Below, piece by piece: positions 13,555 to 24,900 of a stretch of DNA of 64,000 nt. The position numbers and the translations under genes are program-made. The notes beneath the pieces are model-generated. The model was not told where the DNA came from and searched no databases. It saw only the letters and a list, made by a program, of their open reading frames with translations. Position 1 is the first letter of the stretch. Each line of letters starts with the position of its first letter. Source of the stretch: Schmidtea nova (Eukaryota); assembly GCA_044892505.1 (NCBI GenBank), contig CM097882.1, positions 184,202,001 to 184,266,000 of the forward strand. Reading direction: 5' to 3'.

Positions 13555-14387
13555 TGTTGGGTTATTGGTGTTAAGTCGGTAGTTTCTGACTCCGGTGTTC
13601 TCTTTCAATTACAAAATAAACAAGACCCAACACAATAACTTTCTTTATTTGTCAATTGATCACAACTCTTTTTATCACAAAAAGTTACGCCGGTTCTGCA
13701 CTCTTCGCGTGAGGGTAGAACACCCAATGGGATATCTCCCTCTCTGACACGCAATAGATTAAGTATAAACTCTACTTTTGATTTTCTTTCGACGTCTCCT
13801 TCAAATGTCTTCTAACGATTTGCTTCACGTTGCCTACTTTTATTCTTCAATCGGTTGGCCTCGAAACTTTGACTTTGACCACATGGCGATATCGGCAATT
13901 TGCTCTCCGTTTATATACTATTTTTTTGTTGTCATCCTGTCGGCTTAATTGGATCTGGAGAAAATGAGATAATTAAATTTGTTTGACCGCCGCCTAATTG
14001 AGTTTCGCCGCTAATGGTTTTTCGTCTCTTCCCGGGGCATTAAATTTATTTCGATAATTAAATGATTTTGTTGATGCCCCGGGTTTCCCATAAGCTCGGG
14101 TTTCCCATTGGCTCGGGTTTTCCATTAGACGATTAATTATTTTTTAATTAATTTGTATTTTCTTAATTTATCTTTCTGGGGGTCCCATTTCAATTTTATA
14201 TACCCATATTTGAATTCGTCTCATCATTTGGCATCTTCCCATACCAGTTTCCCCCGCTCAAACTTTATTTTAATTTTTTTAATTAATTTTAAATTAATCT
14301 TTGAACATTAATTATTTTTAAAATTTTGTATTTTTATTGATTTGTGCAATTACAAATATAGTTTCTGTGATTTTCACAACCCCAACA
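13555..14387 (-). repeat. 3' LTR of element 1
   Basis: Direct repeat of 29365-30197. I noticed only one substitution by eye (14358 vs 30168). Confidence 0.96.
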
Positions 14388-14400
14388 TATCTCCCCTTTA
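14388..14400 (-). promoter_or_regulatory. Polypurine tract of element 1
   Basis: Minus strand TAAAGGGGAGATA abuts the TG start of the 3' LTR. Confidence 0.85.
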
Positions 14401-14718
14401 TTTTAAAGATTCGTCCTCGAATCTACATATACACATATTTTGATCATACATCCTGACAAGGATCATATAAAATTAATAGTGATGAAAATATCCCCACTAA
14501 TTGTAATAATAAGGATAATAATAATAATTACAATAATACTGGTGGTAATGACAATGACGTAAGTATAATAATGATGATGATAATAGTATCAGTAGTACCC
14601 ACCATACTGATAATAATGATAGTACTGATGTTTATAATAGTGATAATAACATTAGCAATATACTGATATTAATAATGATGATGATAACAACAATCCTGAT
14701 AATAATATCAACAATAGT

Positions 14719-14719
14719 G

Positions 14720-14804
<85 letters not shown>

Positions 14805-14907
14805 CACTGATAACGATGACAGTACTAATGATAGTACTAATCTTAATAATAATAGCCATACTAATACTAACGATCAATAATAATGATTATCAATATTAAT
14901 ATTACTG

Positions 14908-14972
<65 letters not shown>
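14719..14972. repeat. (AAT)n microsatellite tracts inside element 1
   Basis: Two long AAT runs. They explain the poly-Ile pseudo-ORFs. Confidence 0.95.
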
Positions 14973-14973
<1 letters not shown>

Positions 14974-15374
14974 TTAACTCATTTAATATTTCATACTAAA
15001 ATTGTTTATTAAATCGAAAAATGTTAAAAATTATTAAATCGAAAAATATTTAAGTATATTTAAGAAAAATATTTAAGTTTTCCCAATTTACCATTTTGTC
15101 AAATTGACAATTAAAAATTTTCAGAATCAGCTTGGAAGATAATTCGATTTGGTCCAACTCAATTATCTCCCAGAATTTCCCTCCGCAAGATGAGAGAGAG
15201 CGCCGCGAATATAAGCGGCGGCGCTCCACATTTTTATCAGAAATGTCATTACTCGGTGAGCTATTTTTTTTTTATTTTTAAAATTTATTTTATATATTTA
15301 TTTATTTACATATTTATATTTTATATATATTTGCTTTATATATTTATATTTATACATTCACATATAATATATAC

Positions 15375-16909
15375 NNNNNNNNNNNNNNNNNNNNNNNNNN
15401 NNNNNNNNNNNNNNNNNNNNNNNNNNNNNNNNNNNNNNNNNNNNNNNNNNNNNNNNNNNNNNNNNNNNNNNNNNNNNNNNNNNNNNNNNNNNNNNNNNNN
15501 NNNNNAAAAATTGTGTATTATTGATTGGCTTAAATACGAATGCGCATACCAAATGAACCAATATGTCTACTTTTCTACAATTGTGAGTGTGAGTTTAATC
15601 GCATTGAAAGATAAACTAGCTAAATGAAAAATTATTTTATTTATCGAATATTGATTTAATTTCAGAAATATTTAAGTTTTGGCATTACATAATATTCAAA
15701 TTTTCCAAATGTAATGAATTTTGAAACTTAAAAATTCAAATTTACTTTGACATTCTTCAATTATTTTTTTGTAAAAGTTATTACGTTGAAAATATTCAAG
15801 TGGGTTGGCCTAGCGAGTTAGCCAACAACTGGTCAGTATTTACACCGTATACCGATGACCAACATCTCTTATATTGACAGAATAATTGATTTTTGCTGTA
15901 AATCCATTAATAATTTTTTAGAAAATCCTCTTATTTGCCTAGTTTTTAATATCAATGATACTTTAAAGATAGATAATATGTCGGTGTATGGGGAAAATTC
16001 CCATCGAAAGGCAAAAATCGTGTGTTGGTGCGTGTCGACTAAGCAGGATCTGACCTTAGACAGATTTGCCTTAACCAGCTGACTAATATATGTGCAGAGG
16101 GTCTCGATAAATCTTTAATAAACTATTATTGGAAAAATTAATTATTGAAAAATTAACAATACTATCAATTAACAACAACAATAACAATGATAATAATAAT
16201 AATAATAACTGGCAACCCTCAATCGCTGTCCAGGAGAGTATGATCCCGGTGATTAAGGGCTGTTGGTTTTTATTTAGATNNNNNNNNNNNNNNNNNNNNN
16301 NNNNNNNNNNNNNNNNNNNNNNNNNNNNNNNNNNNNNNNNNNNNNNNNNNNNNNNNNNNNNNNNNNNNNNNNNNNNNNNNNNNNNNNNNNNNNNNNNNNN
16401 NNNNNNNNNNNNNNNNNNATGATAATAGAGTGATATTCTATAATGTGATCACAATGTTGATGAATTTAATAATAACTGCCTTCGCCTTATGCTTTTATGA
16501 TATTTATGATCATTTCATTTTATTATTATTTTATTTTGTTTTATTTATTTATTTATTTATTTTTTGCCAATGTTTGTTTTATTGATTCCATCATCCCTTT
16601 GACGATATAATACCAATAATAATCTGATTAATAACTGTAATATAATAATTGACAACTTTCAATCACTGCTTAGGGAGATTGATTTTTTGTTTTTATTTCG
16701 TCCTGAATTTTAATCATTGTATATAATACTTATAAGGATCGAAATTTTCTTTTGATATCGCACTTATAGTGTTCGTANNNNNNNNNNNNNNNNNNNNNNN
16801 NNNNNNNNNNNNNNNNNNNNNNNNNNNNNNNNNNNNNNNNNNNNNNNNNNNNNNNNNNNNNNNNNNNNNNNNNNNNNNNNNNNNNNNNNNNNNNNNNNNN
16901 NNNNNNNNN
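15375..16909. other. Three assembly gaps (15375-15505, 16280-16418, 16778-16909) inside element 1
   Basis: N runs. Confidence 1.
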
Positions 16910-17127
16910 TGTCCAGGAGAGTACACCCCCGGTGATTAAAGGTTGTTGGTTTTTAATTAGCTTCCGAATTTTTATTTATTCAATTCTTTTCTTTGTGTTT
17001 TATTTATTTATTAAAAAAATTTTTTTTTTGTTGTTGTGGGGGTTTGACCGGTGGGCGCCATTTTAACGAACTGAGACAGAATTACTAAATTTATTTATAA
17101 ATAATCACATATATAATTAATATAATT

Positions 17128-18396
17128 TTAGTTCATTTTGATTTCCAGCCGCTTTGCCCCATTTCGATATCTGATAATTGTTTCTTCTTTTTCATACACC
17201 ACCCCGTTGATGGTCATTGTTTCCCCGACGTCGACGTTGGATGCTGAAGCTTTCCTTTTGCGATCTTCCTTTTGTTCCATTGGGCCATATTCCATCGATA
17301 ATTGGATTCTTGTTAATTTTGTGGATTCCATCCATTCGCAATTCTCTTCAATCTCCTCTAAATACATTTCAGTTGCCCATTTCAACTTTTGATTACTCTT
17401 TTCTGTTCCTGTATCTATTTCATCCACTTCCATGTTTGCCTCGTCTACGACCATTATCGTTCTTTCTGATCTGGGAATTTCAGATATCGATTCCATATGT
17501 TGCCTAGTTTTATACTCTTGCAATGAATACTTTTTTGATGGCCCTATCTTAGGCATTGATATATCATCGATCCAAAGGTTTTCTAGTCCCAAATATATCT
17601 TCCGAATGCTTTTGACGTCCTCTAAAGCTGAGTGAATACCCATTTGCATCTCTTCTCCATAGAGTTCCTTCATTATGGTTTTGAGCTTATACCATTCCCT
17701 TCTTCTTGTCACTCCTTTCAATTGCAACGCTTGAGCAGTAGCTAGATCCCGTATGCCATAAAGATGATTTACCCATATCCCTAGGAATTGTAATTCTGCA
17801 TGTAAGTCATGTCTTACGAGTATTTTCCCGATTGTCAGTTTTTGGATTTCCTTTATCTCTTCGTACTGGTCTTTTTGGTTTCGGCTCGCCACCTCCGTTA
17901 TTCCATGGATGTTTGAATTGAAATGTTTGAGTCTTCCTCTAGGTGTTAAGAAGACATTTTTCACAATTTTCCCGTGATAGTTCATAATGGCCACCGCCAA
18001 GGGCATCATCTTTCCAGTCATGCTGGTTCCATATTCGGCATCAATGAACAATATTTTGTTCCGAATTTCTTCTATACCCATTTCCTTCCGAATAAACGAC
18101 AATTTTCTTTTTAACATTTCCTTTGTTATTTGTAGGAGTTCAAGATTTTCTTTCTGCATTGGCTCCTCGCTGGGTACATCATCAATTTCGTTTTTGATCC
18201 TTGTTTCCACTACAATTGTGGCATCCTCGTTTGCTGCTCGTAATATTTTCCCGATTGCTGGCTCCTTGATTTTCCATGACGAAAGTTTTTTGATCTCCCA
18301 CCATATTTGATCATTTTCGTCTAGAATTTCCACCGTCCCTCTGATGACGTGGATATAGTATTCGTCTTTATCTGATATTTTTAGTTCCTTTGTCAT
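17128..18396 (-). CDS. DEDDh 3'-5' exonuclease (REX4/ISG20-like), accessory ORF of element 1, 422 aa
   Basis: ExoI ILFIDAEYG, ExoII KILVRHDLHAEL (Glu at the usual Asp position), ExoIII HSALED. Lies between the LTRs. Confidence 0.85.
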   Translation of the reverse strand: MTKELKISDKDEYYIHVIRGTVEILDENDQIWWEIKKLSSWKIKEPAIGKILRAANEDATIVVETRIKNEIDDVPSEEPMQKENLELLQITKEMLKRKLSFIRKEMGIEEIRNKILFIDAEYGTSMTGKMMPLAVAIMNYHGKIVKNVFLTPRGRLKHFNSNIHGITEVASRNQKDQYEEIKEIQKLTIGKILVRHDLHAELQFLGIWVNHLYGIRDLATAQALQLKGVTRRREWYKLKTIMKELYGEEMQMGIHSALEDVKSIRKIYLGLENLWIDDISMPKIGPSKKYSLQEYKTRQHMESISEIPRSERTIMVVDEANMEVDEIDTGTEKSNQKLKWATEMYLEEIEENCEWMESTKLTRIQLSMEYGPMEQKEDRKRKASASNVDVGETMTINGVVYEKEETIIRYRNGAKRLEIKMN

Positions 18397-18972
18397 TTAA
18401 AATTTTGATTTTCTGTCTATAGTGAATACTTGGACTTTCATTTTTCTGTCGTCCAACCTTAGATAATTTGGGATTTGCAAATTGTTGACTATCTGGAATC
18501 TTCTTTGGCCGGCATGATTTCTCATCATCTTCAGATAGCTGTCGTACGTTTCTCTGGCCCATTGTATCTGCTCCATTTCTTACTAAAACGATTATAATTT
18601 AAATTTGAATTAATTTAATTTTGACGCTAGGACTAAGATGGAGTACCCAAAGGATACTGTCTTAGTTGGTAGCGGTATAAATAAAAATATAAAATTACCG
18701 ATTTAATTGAAGTTTTCTTAGTTATTTGAAATTTTACTTTTGTTTAAGATTAATTTAAATTTTATGATGTCTAAGTTTACCTTATATACCCCCCTTTTGA
18801 TTTTTCTATCCTTTTTTCTACCCCCTCACTCTTTTAGTATTAGCCAATCAAATCATTTTCCCACTTTCCCATGCCGAAGAGTGCAGATTCACATGAAACA
18901 ATTATAAAAGAAAATGTCACTAGATACTAAACTATTAATCTACCATAATTGCATGCAAATAATTGTATCTCA

Positions 18973-21900
18973 CTATACAAACGTCTCCTCGTAATCGATC
19001 CAAGGTCTCGGGGCCTCGGATTGATTCGTAGAATGTCTTTCAGCTTTTCGAATTTCAAAGATGATGACAGATATGAGAATAATGACAAATATTGTTATAA
19101 TGATAATTGTTATTAATAATCTTACACATAGAAATTCATTTTCCGTAGGTGAAGCTGATATAGTTTTATTGCTTGGATTTAACACCTTGATGTGAGCGGT
19201 TGTGATTCGCGTTGATTGATTTAACTTCTGTGGGTAACTGTCCATCTCAGTATATGACACTCGAACAAATTTATCCTCTACCAAGGTTAATTGCCAAAGA
19301 TTGGAGTATTTGGCTCGCCGATAATACTTGATTTTTATTAGCACTATTTTAGAGTTTGATTTTGACCGTAGTTGTCGGAAAGATAAGATCTTTGATTCTT
19401 TTCTGTTCTCTAATATTCCTTGTACTTTTCCACAATAGTATAAAACAGCTCTTTGATTGGGGTACGTTTGACGGGTGACATTTATCGTCTGATTATACAC
19501 ATGAAAGATAACTCTGTTTGTTTCATTGATCAAGTTTATCGTGTGTTGACTGGAATGGATTAGAACCCACTGATCGGTGCTGTCTGTTCCATTTTCATAC
19601 AACGACTTTTCAAAATATTGTATTTGAATATTATACATCTGAAATAATTTTAAATTAACATATTTTATAAATGGTTTTCTGCTGTTCAGTGTATCGATAG
19701 CATGATTTTGAAAGACAGTTTTTACTTGCTGGGATTCATGAGAGTTCCAATATACATTAATTCCATTGATTACTGGTTCAATGGATACGCGGTCTTGTAG
19801 TCTTTTTGTCCATACATTGACACGTATTAGATCATGGACTCTTGTAAGATTATCTTTAAGATTTACTCGTGTTATTATCCAAGGGTATTTATAATTCATT
19901 GCTAATTCACGCGCGACATGTGTATTTTTGTTATAGTTTAATTTTACTGGGGGCTCGAAATAGTTCAGCAGATTATTTATCTCTATTTCTTCCGTCGCTT
20001 CGCAATAATAGATCCATACTATTTGGGTACATGTTGAATACACATCGATTTTTTCTAATAATGGGACTTTCTTCATTGCATATGCTGGGAATGTTCGTAT
20101 TGCCGACGCACACAAAATATTGATCATCATCACTGTTGTTATCAACAACGTTTTACTTAGGTAGTTTAATTGGGTGGGGTTTTTTGTAAATTTTTGTTTA
20201 ATTACTTTTTCTTTTTCGCCGTTACTTGGTTTTGACCTCAAGGGATATCTTTCTTCCAGCGGAACTTTCTTACATCGGTTTACATGAATGACAATCGTTC
20301 CCGCCTTTTTATTATTTTGTGGACGCAATTTTAAATTCGTCTCGGTTGTATCACACACCAAATAAGGTCCTTTAAATGGTCGCTGTAGTTTGGTAGACAG
20401 CCCTTTCGTTGGCTCTGGTTTATTTATGTACACCAAATCTCCAACTTTAATATCATGTGCATGCGCACGTTTATCATAGCATTCTTTATATGCTTCTTGA
20501 TTATGCCTTATTTTCAATCCCGCTTTGACCCATACTGATTGCAGTCTTTCCTGCATTACTACTTTGTAATCGGATACCTCCATGTATTGTGAGATTGGTG
20601 GTTGAAACTTTAAGTCAATCGGCATATTGTTTCGTCGTAGGTACATAAGATAAAATGGTGTTTCACCGGTGCTTTCATTCACTGCATTTCGATATGCAAA
20701 CAAACATGGCTTAATGAACAAATCCCAATCTTTTTGTTTCCTGTTTACATACGACGAAATCATGTTAATTAATGTTCCATTAAACCTTTCGACTAACCCA
20801 TCTGTTTGTGGGTGATATGGGGATGTATTAAGTTTTAGGATTCCGAATAATTCGGTTATAGATTTAAATAATTCGCTTTGAAAGTTTGTTCCTTGGTCTG
20901 TGAGCAATTTTCTTGGTGCTCCGTACCGAAATATGATGTTTTCTACAAATATTTTCGCAACAGTTTCTGCCTTTTGATTCTGCATTGCATATGCTTCCGG
21001 CCATTTTGTTAGGTAATCACAAAATACGATGATATATTTATTGCCATTGGTTGTTTCTGGTAGTGGACCAACAATATCCATTGCTGTCATTTCCATTGGT
21101 GCTACCGGCACGGTCATAGGTTTTAAAGGAACTTTTATTTTTCTTCCTGTATTTCGCCTGGTCAGACAAACTTCACAAGTGTGACACCATTGTCTGACGT
21201 CTTGCTCTATCGTATCCCAGTAATATTTCTGTTTTAATCTTGATAATGTTTTTCGAGCAGATAAATGTCCTCCCAATGCCCCATCATGATACAACAACAG
21301 TAATGCTGTTCGATGTTTTGCCGGTACTACTATTAATACGTTTTCATTTTTCACACATTTCAACAACCCCTCATGGAGGACGTATTTATGTTTTTCTTCC
21401 GCAATGTGCTTCCAGTCACTTTCTCTTTTTATTGTGACAGCATGTTTCCGCAATTGATTCAATTCAACATCGTTTTCCTGATCACCCTGTAATTCCTTCA
21501 TATTATTTGCCGTTTTAATTGCCATAAATATCGTATTTTCATAATTTACTTCATTTTGAATAATATTTTCTTCAGGGATTCTCGACATTGCGTCCGCATT
21601 TCCATTTGACTTCCCCGTACGGTACTTAATTTCGAAATCGTACTCTTGTAATGCAATTGACCACCTAATCAGCTTGCTTGCCGAATCTCGATGCTTCATT
21701 AACCATTGTAATGGGTTATGATCCGTAAATACAATAAACTTTCTCCCAACAAAATATTGTCGAAAATTAGTTTTAATTTCTTTTTCGATTGTGGAATAAT
21801 TTTTTTCATGCGGTTTTAATGAACGGCTTGCATAAGCGATTACGTGATCTTTCTCACCTTCTACTTGCTGTCCAAGTACTGCTCCTAATGCAAAATTGCT

Positions 21901-24900
21901 TGCATCAGTCATCAGTATAAATGGTTTTTTGAAGTTCGGACATCTCAATATTGGTTGTTTAATAAGACTCTCTTTTAATTTATCAAATGCTTCTTGTTGA
22001 GCTGTTGCCCATTTGAATTTAGTCTGCTTTTTTAGCAACATGTTTAAAGGTTGTGCTACATGCGAAAAATTCCTTATGAATTTCCTATAATAGCTCGCTA
22101 ATCCAAGAAATTGTCGGACTTGGTCCGCATCTTTGGGGATCGGATACTTTTTGATCTTTTCCACATTTTCTGATTTTGGTTGTAACCCTCTCCGTGAAAT
22201 TATGTGCCCTACGTAAACAACTTCTGATTTTCCCCATTCACATTTTGAAGGTTTTATTTTTAAATTGGCTTCTATTAGTCGTTTAAACACTATTTCCACA
22301 TCTTTTAAGTGTCCCTGAAAATTGTTTGAAAATATTATTATATCATCAATATAGACTAATGCATGTGGTATATCACGCAAAACAAAATTCATACCTCTCT
22401 GGAATGTAGCTGGTGCTCCCGTTAGACCGAATGGAAGCACATTAAACTCATATAGTCCTTTCCCATCTGAAAATGCCGTTTTTCTCCTGTCTTCCTCTTT
22501 GACTTTAAATTGGTTATATCCTTTGTTAAGATCGATTACTGTGAAGAATTGTACTTCTCCCATCTGATCAAACATTTCTTGAGGAACTGGTATAGGATAT
22601 GTGTCTTTTCTTGTCACTTGGTTTAATTTCCGATAATCAACACAAAATCGTAATTCACCGTCCTTCTTTTTCACTACCACTATTGACGATGAGAATGGTG
22701 ATGAACTATCTCTTATTATTTTGAATTCCTTCATGGCTTTAATTTGCCGATCGCTTTCTTCTTGATGTATATATGGAATTCTGTACGGTCGTATTTTTAT
22801 AGGAGTTTCATCAAGCAATGGTATTTCGTGTTCAATTATCTGAGTGAGTCCTAGATCATACTCATGTTTCGCGAATGCATTTTTATACCTTTTCAATAAT
22901 GCCGCAAATTCTTGTCTTTGTGCCTCTGTTAGATCATCACTTGTCACTTGTGGTTCTTTATAGATTTTGATATTTCTAGGTAGTTTTTGCACTTCTTCCC
23001 CTTTCAATTTTGACAGTTTTCCCAACTTTGTTTTGGGTTTCATCTGAACAGATTTTGTGCTACAATTAGCTATTCTTACTGGCACGGTTTTGTCTTTAAT
23101 TTTTACTATTTCGTCACACATAGGTACGTCGTACTTTTCTATTAGTTTTTGATTTGGTTCGAATATACACTCTTCTTCGGAAACATTTTCTACATTAGCG
23201 TAGTATATCACTTCGCTTTTTGGTGGTACTTCCAACGTTTGATTTAAAAAGACCTCTCCTGCTTCATGCACTACCTCATCAGTCTGCCTTTTTATTAATT
23301 TGCCCGTCTTTAAGTCCAGTGAGATTCCTTGTAATTGTTCCATGATATCCATGCCAATCAAACATTTGACAGGGCTTTTTCTCATTACTGATACCCAATG
23401 GATTACTTCCTGATTTCCTATATTCAACTTTACTTCTAGTTTTCCAATAATATTTAATACGTTATGCGTCATTGATTTAATAATTTTTGTTGTTGGCTTT
23501 ATTTTCGCTTTTTCCTGTCTCGTTAAGAAACTCTCCGATACTATACTGTGACTCGAGCCTGAATCCAATAACGCTTCCACTTTTCTTTCATTAAACTGTA
23601 TGGATATTCTAGGTTGTTTTCCTCCAATTTCTATTGTCATCAATGCGTAACTACATGGTAACTCAAGCATGTTCTTTCTTTCAATTTCGGCGCTTGATGG
23701 CTCAATCTTCTCTAGTTCGATTTTAATCTCATCAACTGGCTTCATTTCTCTCAACTTTTCACTTGGGTATATTGGAGCTGTTGGTATTAATGTCGGTGTA
23801 TACCATTTAGAAAGAGTGTCAATTCCTGTTAATTTTGGCATTGGTTCAAGCAAGAACCTGGTTTCGGGTTCTATTCTACTTTTCATTATGCTCCTTCGAA
23901 AATTATTTTGCTCTGATCTGCCGCCACCGTTCTCATTATCAGGACCATTATTTTTATCCTCATGATCGCATAGTGATTCTTCGCTTTTTTGATCATTTCT
24001 CAATTGCGCCCGTACATTTGCCATTTCTTTGTATTGATGACTTGTAATGAAGAATCTAGCCAAAAATGGAATACAACCAATTATCATTTTCCATGACCAT
24101 CCGGAAATTGTATATATCCTGTGAGTGGACAATACTTGTGATATTATCACCTTTACCGTTACTGCAATTACATAAATACCAATTAAACCTGCACAGGCTT
24201 GTCCCAAAAACATAAATTTTCCCCAAATCTTTTCCATTGTTTTGTAAGTAGCTCGTTTAAAATGATCAGGTGTCAGCAAGTATTCGTAGTTGACTTTCCC
24301 TTCTCCATTCGGCAATATGGTATCAATCATTTCTGAAATCACGCGTTCCTTTTTTGACGGAAATAACAAATTTCTTTGGGCTTCTTCGATGTCTTCGCTC
24401 GCATATAAACCCATTTGTGCCATTTTATTCATTGATGTAAAATTTATTAAGTATTCCAAATTCGTCAATTCCAATTTATCTGGTGTTCTTACTCCTCGGT
24501 AATCTGGTAGCGCTATCCATGAATCTTGTGCTAAGCGATATAATGGAGCTAATAATCGATTACATTGCAAAGTTTTTGGTTTAACTTGTTCCTCCAGCAG
24601 TATTCGGGTTATCGGTTCCATAAATCGTAGTTTCCCGCCAACACTTACTGGCAATTCATTTGTACATTTCTCATATTTTGCGATTTTCACTGTAATTTCT
24701 TTGCATCGGTAACTGTACAGCGCTTCTCCAAAGATTCTAGCAAATACACCATTTTCTGAAATTAGCATGGGTGCTACTAAATTCGGGTTTGTAACCGCCA
24801 TCGCCATTCGATTTCGAAGTATTTCTTTATTCAATTTACAATCGTTCAAGATCATTTCTCTATATATGTTCTCCATGGTATTTTGGCTAAAATGAAATAA

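Noticed and set aside
14632-14899. Poly-Ile ORFs
   Set aside because: Translation of an (AAT)n microsatellite.
16205-16275. Twister ribozyme on the minus strand
   Set aside because: UAA and GAG are present but pair in a simple stem, and the conserved P4/pseudoknot residues are missing.
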